NCBI GenBank assembly: GCA_021739625.1
Contig: JAIPBJ010000002.1
Coordinates: 13,137 to 77,136 of the forward strand
Length of the DNA: 64,000 nt
Direction: 5' to 3'
From: Flavobacteriales bacterium
GTDB taxonomy: Bacteria > Bacteroidota > Bacteroidia > UBA10329
In this document: positions 38,452-46,994 of the stretch, piece after piece
How positions within the stretch are numbered: position 1 is the stretch's first letter
Layout of the letters: every line of letters begins with the position of its first letter
Translations under genes and position numbers: made by a program
The notes under the pieces: generated by a model
What the model was told of the DNA's origin: nothing
The model's input: only the letters and a program-made list of their open reading frames with translations
The model's database searches: none

Positions 38452-41016
38452 ATGAGCCGTAGCCATGTGGTCTTCACCATCCTTCTTTCCTGTGTGCTTG
38501 CCTTGTACCAAGGTCAGACCGCCAGTGGGCAGCCCGGTGTGGACTGGACGGTCCGCAGTTCTGCTGCCGACAACACATGGAAATCTGTGACCTACGGCAA
38601 TGGGCTGTTCGTGGCGGTGTCAAGCACTGGCACAGGCAACCGCGTGATGACCAGCCCAGATGGCATCACGTGGACCTCGCGCACTTCTGCTGCTGACAAC
38701 AGTTGGACCGGTGTCGCCTATGGCGGTGGCCTTTTTGTGGCGGTGTCCAGTACAGGCACAGGCAATCGCGTGATGACCAGCCCTGATGGCATCACATGGA
38801 CCTCGCGCGCCTCTGCGGCCAACAACAGTTGGAACGCTGTTACATACGGAAACGGGCTGTTCGTGGCAGTGGCCGGCTCAGGTACAGGTAACCGCGTGAT
38901 GACCAGCCCAGATGGCATCACCTGGACCTCGCAAACCTCTGCGGGCGACAACAGTTGGAACGCTGTGACCTACGGCAACGGGCTGTTCGTGGCGGTTCAT
39001 TCCAACTCAAGCTCGACCCACGTGATGACCAGCCCGGACGGGGTCACTTGGACCATGCGCAACACTCCGAACACGATTTTCAGATCGGTGACATACGGTA
39101 ATGGGATGTTCGTTGCTGTAGCCAGCGGCACGGCCAACCGTGTCATTACCAGTCCGGACGGCATCACATGGACATCCCGAACAGCTGCTGTGTTAAATTC
39201 TTGGATGAGTGTAACCTATGCTGACGGCCTGTTTGTGGCTGTTTCCAATTCAGGAACGGCCGATCGCGTGATGACCAGCCCTGATGGCATCACTTGGATC
39301 TCGCGCACATCTGCGGCAGACATCAGCTGGATCGCAGTCACCTATGGTCAAGGAATGGTGGTGGCAGTGAGCGGTGACGGGACAGGCAACCGCGTGATGA
39401 CCTCCGATGTCCCTGCAATCGTATGGGACGGTAGCGAAAGCACCGACTGGAACACCCCCGAGAACTGGGTGGGCGATGCCGTGCCTTTGGAAGCGGACAA
39501 TACACGTATCCCATCAGGTACTCCCAATCAGCCCACGGTCACCTCGCCCGATCAGCCCATCGTTTGCAACGGTGTCTTGGTCGAGAGCGGTGCCTCGCTC
39601 ACCATCGAGGGAGGGAACAATTTCGTCATCAATGGTGTGCTCAGTAATGAAGGCACAGTGATCGTTCAGACAGATGCGGATCTCGCGGGCATCGGTTCGC
39701 TCATCACGCATGGTGCTGTAACAGGTGGTGGCGATTTCCAGATGGAACAGTCGCTGCTTGGTGCCGGTGGCGCTGCTCCGAGCGGGGTGTTCAACTATGT
39801 GAGCAGCCCCGTGGCAGGTGCTACAAGCGCCATCTACAGTGCCGCAGGCACCGATAAGCTCTGGAGCGCCAACGAGGCTACACAGAACTATACTGAAATA
39901 ACTGACAATACAACCCCCCTCAATGTGGGCCAAGGCTATGTGGCCCGCGTTGGCGCAGATGGTGAAGTGACCTTCACGGGAACGGCCTTTAACACTGGTA
40001 TTGTGAGCATTGGTGCTCTGACCCGCACTGGAACCAGCGCTACTGACAGAGGCTACAACCTTGTGGCCAATCCCTACCCGTCATCGGTGGATTGGAACAC
40101 CGTCAGCAGGACAAACCTCATGACCACATACTGGGTGCGCACCCATACTCCAGGTCTGGTGATGACCAACGACACATACAACAGTATGGGAGATATAGGC
40201 ACCAACAATAATGGCAATGGCGATCTCACAAGCGTCATCCCGCCCACGCAGGCCTTCTGGGTGCGGGTGGATGCCGATGGAAACACAGGCCGGCTCGACT
40301 TCGACAATGAGGATCGCCTTCACCAGTCCTGGGCATCCATCTACCGCCTTGCCGCAGAGGAAGGCACTGTACGCATCCAGATCGGCAATGGCACCGTGAA
40401 CGATGAGACCATCATCGTGTTCAACCCCGAGGCTTTGGACGGTTTCGATGCCTTCGACAGCCAGAAGATGTGGGCCGCCAATATCCCGCAGTTTTATACC
40501 ACCGTGGGCACCGACAGCCTTGTCATCAACGGCCTCTACAGCACAGCAACCAACCCGATAGTTGACCTCGGTGTGAAACTGCCGACCGTAGGCGATTACA
40601 GCTTCACTGCCACCAGCATCACCCTCAATGAGGAAGTATGGTTGGAGGATAGATTCTTGAACCAGTTCCAGCAATTGAATGTGAACCCTGTCTATGCCTT
40701 TGTCTCAAACGCAGGCAACATAGGCGACCGCTTCGCGCTTCATTTCGGCATGATGGCCGTTGGGGTGGGTACAGACGCGATTAATCGCGTCTCTACAACG
40801 CATGTGTTCGCTGCGGATGGCATAGTGAATGTATCGGTGAGCGATGACATCACCACGGGAATGATAACCATCCTGGACATGACCGGCCGTACGGTGCAGA
40901 CCGCAGCCATCAGTGGCAGCCGCACGGTTGTGGCCACCGATCTGATTACGGGAATCTACCTTGTTCGCATAGAAACCACCAAAGGCGCGGAGACGCACCG
41001 TATAATGCTTCGATAG
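38452..41016 (+). CDS. T9SS-secreted BNR/Asp-box beta-propeller repeat protein
   Basis: Signal peptide. About eight 41-42-aa blades each carry the SxDGxTW Asp-box (VTYGNGLFVAV...NRVMTSPDGITWTSR). A middle module is shared with the downstream gene. The C-terminal T9SS sorting domain ends ...ITILDMTGRTVQTAAISGSRTVVATDLITGIYLVRIETTKGAETHRIMLR. Confidence 0.85.
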   Translation: MSRSHVVFTILLSCVLALYQGQTASGQPGVDWTVRSSAADNTWKSVTYGNGLFVAVSSTGTGNRVMTSPDGITWTSRTSAADNSWTGVAYGGGLFVAVSSTGTGNRVMTSPDGITWTSRASAANNSWNAVTYGNGLFVAVAGSGTGNRVMTSPDGITWTSQTSAGDNSWNAVTYGNGLFVAVHSNSSSTHVMTSPDGVTWTMRNTPNTIFRSVTYGNGMFVAVASGTANRVITSPDGITWTSRTAAVLNSWMSVTYADGLFVAVSNSGTADRVMTSPDGITWISRTSAADISWIAVTYGQGMVVAVSGDGTGNRVMTSDVPAIVWDGSESTDWNTPENWVGDAVPLEADNTRIPSGTPNQPTVTSPDQPIVCNGVLVESGASLTIEGGNNFVINGVLSNEGTVIVQTDADLAGIGSLITHGAVTGGGDFQMEQSLLGAGGAAPSGVFNYVSSPVAGATSAIYSAAGTDKLWSANEATQNYTEITDNTTPLNVGQGYVARVGADGEVTFTGTAFNTGIVSIGALTRTGTSATDRGYNLVANPYPSSVDWNTVSRTNLMTTYWVRTHTPGLVMTNDTYNSMGDIGTNNNGNGDLTSVIPPTQAFWVRVDADGNTGRLDFDNEDRLHQSWASIYRLAAEEGTVRIQIGNGTVNDETIIVFNPEALDGFDAFDSQKMWAANIPQFYTTVGTDSLVINGLYSTATNPIVDLGVKLPTVGDYSFTATSITLNEEVWLEDRFLNQFQQLNVNPVYAFVSNAGNIGDRFALHFGMMAVGVGTDAINRVSTTHVFAADGIVNVSVSDDITTGMITILDMTGRTVQTAAISGSRTVVATDLITGIYLVRIETTKGAETHRIMLR
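38578..39405 (+). repeat. intragenic tandem repeats (126-bp period) encoding the BNR blades
   Basis: The first three units (from about 38641, 38767 and 38893) are about 90% identical at nucleotide level (cgcgtgatgaccagcccagatggcatcacgtggacctcgcgc...). Later units are more diverged and are 123-126 bp long. Confidence 0.8.
40613..40762 (+). repeat. about 150-bp segment near-identical to 43583..43732 (copy 1)
   Basis: cagcatcaccctcaatgaggaagtatggttggaggatagattcttgaaccagttccagcaattgaatgtgaaccctgtctatgcctttg... gcaggcaacataggcgaccgcttcgcgcttcatttcggcatgatggccgttggggtgggt, with a single mismatch against the copy in the downstream paralogue. Confidence 0.8.
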
Positions 41017-41165
41017 ACTATCGACCGGACAATTCTCTGTCCCGTGCCTTCGCACCCGGCAGGGTTCTTTAATTCACACAGCCACCAAGGAATTTCCTAA
41101 CCTTGAACTCGGAAAATCTGACCAATGCCCACATAAGTGGCAAATGGTTCTTTAACCCATTCTCC

Positions 41166-43982
41166 ATGAAACATGCGCTCCTCCTCGTTGCCCTGAGCAT
41201 CAATTCTTTCTTCCATATTTCCAGTGTGCTTGCCCAATGTCCCACTGCTGTGTCCCCATCGGGCAGCGGCACTGGTGGCGACCCCTATCTCATCGCCTCG
41301 TTCGAGAATTTGCTCTGGGTGAGCGAGAATAGCGGGGAATGGGACAAGTACTTTCTTCAAATGGCAGATGTTGATGCGTCCATTACTTCCAATGCCTGTT
41401 TTGACGGTGGTCAGGGCTGGTCGCCAATTGGCAGCACTGCAACGGAATTCACTGGAAGTTATGATGGCAACGGGCATGCGGTCAATGGCCTGTTCATATC
41501 AAGGGTCATTGCCCAGGTAGGTCTTTTCGGTCGCGTCAATGGCGGTGTGCTTACCGACCTGACCGTGCAGGGAACAATCTCGGGCAATGGTGACGTGGGT
41601 CTGTTGGTGGGGCTGCTAACAGGTCTTGAGTCCGATCCTTCGCACGTGACCGGATGTCATAGTTCGGGCACGGTGCAGAGCACTGCAAACAGGACAGGAG
41701 GACTGGTCGGCTATGCACTGAGTGCGTGCCTGATCGAGAACTGTTCTTCGTCTGCCAGTGTCAGCGCCACGACCCGGGCTGGCGGAGTCATCGGTCAAGC
41801 ATGGAACAGTATCAACACATCCTCTTGGATGGACAGTCCAGATTTCATGATACGGAACTGTTATGGGACCGGGGATGTTGAAGCCACTTCCTCTGCAAAT
41901 CTGGCAGGTGTTGTTGGTGGTCTCATTGGCTTTGTGAACAACTACAATATTCACGATTCCTATTCCGCCTCGGCAGTGGAGGGCCCTGGAGATGCCACAG
42001 GCTGGGCCGCACAACCTGTGGGAGCCTTTGCCGGCAGACTCAACGGCATTGCCCTTGGTGCCATCAGAAGGTGTTATGCCACAGGGGCCGTGACCTATGC
42101 GAATGCAGCCTCTCCGACCGGAAACGGTTTCATCGGCAGTCCTGCCACCTCATGCACCAATTGCAGCGACAATTTGTTCGATAGCGAGACAACGGTACAG
42201 GGATCGGGTGTCGGTGCCACCGCTAAGACAACGGTCGAAATGAAGACCCTCAGCACCTTCACCGATTCCAATTGGGACTTCCAATGCGAAGAAGTCAACG
42301 GAACGGAACAGATATGGGGCATTAACGGCACCGACAACAGCGGCTATCCGTTTCTTAGCAACCAGCGCTACTACATGTCCGACTGCCCACAGTGGACAGG
42401 AACCACCGACAGTCAATGGAACATCGCGTCCAATTGGTCTGACGGGAGTATCCCAGATGAAACGGATGATGTTTACATCTCCCGCTATGTTTTCAATGAT
42501 TCGCACGTTGGCAACAGTGCGGTCAGCCCAGCCACCTGCAACAACCTTTCGATAGGCACCAATGCTGTGTTTACGGTTGATGCGGGCAAGGCCCTTACGG
42601 TCGCAGGAGACCTCAACAATGAAGGAACCATCTATGTGGAGGCGGACGCAACGGGCATTGGCTCGCTCATCACCAATGGTTCACTTTCGGGTGCAGGGAA
42701 CTTTCAGATGGAGCAGTACCTCTTGGGCGCAGGGGATGCCACCCCCAACGGTGTGTTCCAGTATGTCAGCAATTCTGTGGTGGGTGCCACGAGTGCCACG
42801 TACGATGCCGCAGGAACCAACAGACTGTGGAGTGCCAACGAATCCACGCAGAGCTACCCGCCTATCGCGGACAATATCACATCGCTGAACATAGGAAAAG
42901 GCTACGTTGCCCGCGTGGGTGCCAATAGTGTTGTTACACACAGCGGAACTGCGTTTCATACAGGGAACATCGCCATCCCCTCCCTCACCCGCTCAGGTGA
43001 AATCGGCAACTATGGCTACAACTTGATAGGCAATCCCTTTCCCAGCAGTGTGAATTGGGTTGATGCCGTTCGGATCAATGTGGAGACCAGTCTTTGGTAC
43101 CGCACCCACACAGCAGATGGTGTCATGATGGTGGAGACCTTCAATGCCTCTGGTGGTATCGGTACCAATACAGGCAACTATACTGGACAGTCGGCCGTGG
43201 GCATCATCCCCCCTGGTCAGGCATTCTGGGTGCGGGTAGTTGAAGGGCAGCCCGAAGGGATAGTGGCGTTCTACAACGGGTCGCGCAGCCACGGCACGCA
43301 GGCCAGCATCTACAAACAAGAGGCCGAAGAAGGCACTGTGCGCCTGCACCTGAGCAATGGTACCCTCAGCGATGAGACCATCGTCCATTTCACCACCGAT
43401 GCCGAGGACAGCTACGATGATTTTGACAGCCAGAAGATGTGGATGAACAACCTGCCGCAGCTTTACACCACTGTTGGAACTGATAGCCTCACCATCAACG
43501 GCCTCTTCAGCATCGAGACAAACCCCATCGTTGACCTTGGCATCAAGACCCCCACAACGGGAGACTACACCATCACCGCCAGCAGCATCACCCTCAATGA
43601 GGAAGTATGGTTGGAGGATAGATTCTTGAACCAGTTCCAGCAATTGAATGTGAACCCTGTCTATGCCTTTGCTTCAAACGCAGGCAACATAGGCGACCGC
43701 TTCGCGCTTCATTTCGGCATGATGGCCGTTGGGGTGGGTGGAGACGCGATCAATCGCGTCTCTACTCATGTCTTTGCTGCCGAGGGCATGGTGAATGTAT
43801 CCGTAGGCAATGACATCACCGCAGGCACCATCACCATCCTGGATATGATGGGCCGCACCGTGCAGACCGCATCAATTTCTGGAACCAGAACGGTCATTCC
43901 CACAGAGGTGGCCACAGGCATCTATCTCATAAGGGTGGAGACAGCCAAAGGCGCGGAGACGCACCGTGTAATGCTCCCTTAG
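41166..43982 (+). CDS. T9SS-secreted protein with N-terminal GLUG-like repeats and the shared C-terminal module
   Basis: Start at MKHALLLVALSINSFFHISSVLAQ (signal peptide). The N-terminal half has repeated G-rich GLUG-like units (GGLVGYAL..., AGVVGGLIGFV...). The C-terminal ~470 aa are homologous to the upstream gene, including the T9SS CTD (...ITILDMMGRTVQTASISGTRTVIPTEVATGIYLIRVETAKGAETHRVMLP). Confidence 0.85.
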   Translation: MKHALLLVALSINSFFHISSVLAQCPTAVSPSGSGTGGDPYLIASFENLLWVSENSGEWDKYFLQMADVDASITSNACFDGGQGWSPIGSTATEFTGSYDGNGHAVNGLFISRVIAQVGLFGRVNGGVLTDLTVQGTISGNGDVGLLVGLLTGLESDPSHVTGCHSSGTVQSTANRTGGLVGYALSACLIENCSSSASVSATTRAGGVIGQAWNSINTSSWMDSPDFMIRNCYGTGDVEATSSANLAGVVGGLIGFVNNYNIHDSYSASAVEGPGDATGWAAQPVGAFAGRLNGIALGAIRRCYATGAVTYANAASPTGNGFIGSPATSCTNCSDNLFDSETTVQGSGVGATAKTTVEMKTLSTFTDSNWDFQCEEVNGTEQIWGINGTDNSGYPFLSNQRYYMSDCPQWTGTTDSQWNIASNWSDGSIPDETDDVYISRYVFNDSHVGNSAVSPATCNNLSIGTNAVFTVDAGKALTVAGDLNNEGTIYVEADATGIGSLITNGSLSGAGNFQMEQYLLGAGDATPNGVFQYVSNSVVGATSATYDAAGTNRLWSANESTQSYPPIADNITSLNIGKGYVARVGANSVVTHSGTAFHTGNIAIPSLTRSGEIGNYGYNLIGNPFPSSVNWVDAVRINVETSLWYRTHTADGVMMVETFNASGGIGTNTGNYTGQSAVGIIPPGQAFWVRVVEGQPEGIVAFYNGSRSHGTQASIYKQEAEEGTVRLHLSNGTLSDETIVHFTTDAEDSYDDFDSQKMWMNNLPQLYTTVGTDSLTINGLFSIETNPIVDLGIKTPTTGDYTITASSITLNEEVWLEDRFLNQFQQLNVNPVYAFASNAGNIGDRFALHFGMMAVGVGGDAINRVSTHVFAAEGMVNVSVGNDITAGTITILDMMGRTVQTASISGTRTVIPTEVATGIYLIRVETAKGAETHRVMLP
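43583..43732 (+). repeat. about 150-bp segment near-identical to 40613..40762 (copy 2)
   Basis: Same sequence as copy 1 with one mismatch. Flanking DNA is homologous but clearly more diverged. Confidence 0.8.
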
Positions 43983-44074
43983 ACCACAGACGACAGTCCC
44001 TGGCCACAGACCATCTGCCGTGGACTATGGTCTGTGGACTATCGACCATCACCAAACATAAAAAACCACACCCC

Positions 44075-44221
44075 ATGAAAAAGAAACCCTACACCCGCCC
44101 CGTCCTCCGCAAGGTGACCATCGACAAGGAGATCAGCATGGTGATGATGTCACCGTTCGGGCCGGAAGGTGATCCCGAGGGCAGCCTCAAGCTGCTGAAC
44201 CCGCTGCGGTGGCTGAGATAG
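44075..44221 (+). CDS. candidate small protein (48 aa), unknown function
   Basis: ATG preceded by an A-rich tract (cataaaaaaccacacccc), as is common at Bacteroidota start sites. The peptide is MKKKPYTRPVLRKVTIDKEISMVMMSPFGPEGDPEGSLKLLNPLRWLR. It occupies an otherwise empty 260-bp gap between the T9SS gene and recF. No homology assessment was possible. Confidence 0.3.
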   Translation: MKKKPYTRPVLRKVTIDKEISMVMMSPFGPEGDPEGSLKLLNPLRWLR

Positions 44222-44243
44222 ACCACTACGGAGGCAAATTCCT

Positions 44244-45344
44244 CTACGCTCCCGTCACCGCGCCATCGGCCACTGTGAACACGCGCACATTGTTCTCCCC
44301 TTTCAGCAGTTGGGCCGTGCGTTCGGGATGCGTGTCGGTGATCAGGATCTGACCGAAATCGGGGCCGCTCACAAGGTCGAGTAGCTGGGCCACACGCGAG
44401 TCGTCCAGCTTGTCGAAGATGTCATCGAGCAGCAGCATGGGCAGCAGTCCGGTCTGTTTGCGCATCACGGCATACTGTGCCAGCTTGAGGGCCACCAGCA
44501 TGGATTTCTGCTGGCCCTGCGACCCGAACCGCTTGAGCGGATGCCCACCGATGTGGAAACTCAGATCGTCCTTGTGTATGCCCACGGTGGTGTGTGTGGC
44601 AGCTCGGTCGCGGGGCAGTGCTGCTGCGAGCATCTCTTCCATCGGCCCTTCGGTCATCTGACTCTCATAACCGATGCCCACCTCCTCCTGCCCCTGCGAG
44701 ATGGCAGAATAGAACCTTCGGAAGGCTTCAAGGAATCCGTCAAGGAATGACGCTCTCCGAAGATGGATGCACTGTCCCCGCTCAGCCAACTGCATGTCCC
44801 ATATCTCCAGTTGAGCCGGATCGAAAGGCTGCCCGTCCGCAAACGATTTCAACAGCGCGTTGCGTTGCAGCAGCACACGGTTGTAGATGACCAGATGCTC
44901 CAGATAGTCGCGGTCGAGCTGCGAGAGCACGCCATCGAGGAACTTCCTGCGCACCTCGCTCCCGCCTGCTATCAGGTCACCGTCCAAGGGCGATATGACC
45001 ACCGATGGGAACAGCCCCACATGGTCCATCAGTCGCGGATATTCCTTCTTGTTACGCTTGAACTGCTTCTTGCCCTCGCGCTTCATAGCGCAATGGATGG
45101 CCTCATCGGTGCCCTCTTTCTCAAATGTGCCGCTGAGCACGAAGAAAGGCTCGCCATGCTTGATATTCTGAGTGTCGATGGCATTGAGGAAGCTCTTGCA
45201 CACCGAGAGATAGTGTACCGCATCGAGCACGGTGGTCTTGCCCGCCCCGTTGTTGCCCACAATGCAGTTGAACTTGCTGCCCAGCTGCAGTTCCGCCCCG
45301 GGCACATTCCTGAAGTTCACAAGGGAAAGCTGACGCAGATGCAA
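44244..45344 (-). CDS. recF: DNA replication and repair protein RecF
   Basis: Walker A GNNGAGKTTVLDAVHYL and a C-terminal signature/Walker B region (LLLDDIFDKLD). Start assigned to TTG, giving MHLRQLSLVNFRN, which matches the conserved RecF N-terminus. The ORF track starts 13 codons upstream. Confidence 0.85.
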   Translation of the reverse strand: MHLRQLSLVNFRNVPGAELQLGSKFNCIVGNNGAGKTTVLDAVHYLSVCKSFLNAIDTQNIKHGEPFFVLSGTFEKEGTDEAIHCAMKREGKKQFKRNKKEYPRLMDHVGLFPSVVISPLDGDLIAGGSEVRRKFLDGVLSQLDRDYLEHLVIYNRVLLQRNALLKSFADGQPFDPAQLEIWDMQLAERGQCIHLRRASFLDGFLEAFRRFYSAISQGQEEVGIGYESQMTEGPMEEMLAAALPRDRAATHTTVGIHKDDLSFHIGGHPLKRFGSQGQQKSMLVALKLAQYAVMRKQTGLLPMLLLDDIFDKLDDSRVAQLLDLVSGPDFGQILITDTHPERTAQLLKGENNVRVFTVADGAVTGA

Positions 45345-45399
45345 TTGTGGGGCCTTGGAGTGGCAAAGGTAACCTGAAGGCAAGGCCGCCTGTCAGAGA

Positions 45400-46464
45400 T
45401 CAGCGCATTACGCCCTGCTTGTTCAGCATCCGCTGAAATGCCTGCGCATTTCTCAGATGCTCGTTGTAGGTGGCGGCAAAGGCATGGCGGCCCGCCCCAT
45501 CGGCCTGGGCGCAGAAGTAGATGTAGCTGTGCTTTTCGGCATCGAGCACTGCATCTATCGTACGCGGATCGGGAATGCAGATGGGCCCCGGAGGCAGCCC
45601 CTTATACCTGTAGGTGTTGTAGGGCGAATCAATTTCCTTGTGCCTGTTCAGGATCCGCTTGGCCCCGAAATCGCGGTTGGCGAACACCAGCGTGGGGTCG
45701 GCCTGCAATGGCATCCCTATTCGCAGGCGGTTGAGATAGACCCCTGCCACCGTGGAATGTTCGCTGCGGAAATTGCTCTCCTTCTCCACAATGGAGGCCA
45801 AGATGCTCACCTCGCTCTGTTCAAGCCCCAGCTTCTTGGCCTTGGCCATGCGCTCTGCTGTCCAGAACTTCTTGTACTCCTTTGCCAGCTTGTCCACAAA
45901 CTCCTCTGCGCTGGTGTTCCAATAGAACTCGTAGGTGTTGGGCAGGAACAGGGTAGAGAAGGCCTCTGGTTCAAAACCATACCTGAGGGTGAACAATGGG
46001 TCGCTCATCAGGCGCATCATTTCTACGGAATCGGCCTCCAGCAGATTGCCGACCCTTCCGGCCAGTTCCTCCTTCAGGCGGATATTGTTGATGACCACTT
46101 TCACCGGTATTTGCCGACCCGAACGAAGCAGCAGAATGAGGTCCTTGTTGTTCATCCCTGTACGGAGGAGATAGCGGCCCGCTCGGATGTTCTCCGGGTA
46201 GTGAAGTTGCTTCGCCAGCCACTCGAACGAGGCTCTGTTGGTGATGATCCCCTTTCGCTGCAGCAGGTCTGCCACTTCCTTGAATCCGGATCCGGTGGGC
46301 ACGTGGAAATAGCCTTCCTCAGCTTCCATAACCACATTGGGGCTGAATACCGTGGCATAGAACTCATAGCCTGCCCAGCTGCCGCCCAGCACAACGAGGG
46401 CGAGAAATATCATCAGCACCTTCTTCCATTGCGGAAGGCCGCCTTTCTTCTTCACTGCTGCCAT
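45400..46464 (-). CDS. mltG: endolytic murein transglycosylase MltG (YceG-like)
   Basis: N-terminal TM anchor (MAAVKKKGGLPQWKKVLMIFLALVVLGG) and a YceG-like domain with conserved blocks (...NTYRYKGLPPGPICIP...). Its start codon overlaps the GNAT gene stop (ATGA). Confidence 0.8.
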   Translation of the reverse strand: MAAVKKKGGLPQWKKVLMIFLALVVLGGSWAGYEFYATVFSPNVVMEAEEGYFHVPTGSGFKEVADLLQRKGIITNRASFEWLAKQLHYPENIRAGRYLLRTGMNNKDLILLLRSGRQIPVKVVINNIRLKEELAGRVGNLLEADSVEMMRLMSDPLFTLRYGFEPEAFSTLFLPNTYEFYWNTSAEEFVDKLAKEYKKFWTAERMAKAKKLGLEQSEVSILASIVEKESNFRSEHSTVAGVYLNRLRIGMPLQADPTLVFANRDFGAKRILNRHKEIDSPYNTYRYKGLPPGPICIPDPRTIDAVLDAEKHSYIYFCAQADGAGRHAFAATYNEHLRNAQAFQRMLNKQGVMR

Positions 46465-46985
46465 CAGTCCTGCGCCATTTTCTGCATCACCACCGCATTT
46501 ACAAACGCTCGCCCTACGCGCACCCAGTCGCACAGTTCACCGCAGGTCCCGAATCCTGCTGCCGTGAACAGAGCAATGCTGGCCGGGTTGTCCACCGTCA
46601 CATGACAATAGACCTGATGCAGGCCCAATACATCGAAACAGTAATCGCATAGCACCTGCACCGCATCCTTGGCGAAACCCTGTTTCCTGTCGCTCTGCTC
46701 CGCGATCAGAATTCCGATGCCCACGCGCTGGTTCTTCGGGTCGAAATCGAATAGGTCTATGGTGCCGATGGTGCGTCCGTCCAGCGTCTCCACCATCAGC
46801 CGCAACTGCTTGGTGGTATAGATATCGTGGGCCGCATTGGCGATGAATTCCATGATGACCTCCTGCGAATACGGCTGCACCGTGGCCCCCAGATGCCACA
46901 GGGCGCTGTCGTTCTCCCACGCATGGATGTGGTCGAGGTCGCTGGCCAAGATGGCACGCAGACGGACTTTTTCACCGTTCAACAT
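46464..46985 (-). CDS. GNAT family N-acetyltransferase (RimJ/RimL-like)
   Basis: 173 aa with GNAT motif A-like region (RVGIGILIAEQSDRKQGFAKDAV) and typical length. Confidence 0.75.
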   Translation of the reverse strand: MLNGEKVRLRAILASDLDHIHAWENDSALWHLGATVQPYSQEVIMEFIANAAHDIYTTKQLRLMVETLDGRTIGTIDLFDFDPKNQRVGIGILIAEQSDRKQGFAKDAVQVLCDYCFDVLGLHQVYCHVTVDNPASIALFTAAGFGTCGELCDWVRVGRAFVNAVVMQKMAQD

Positions 46986-46994
46986 CGTTCAGGG

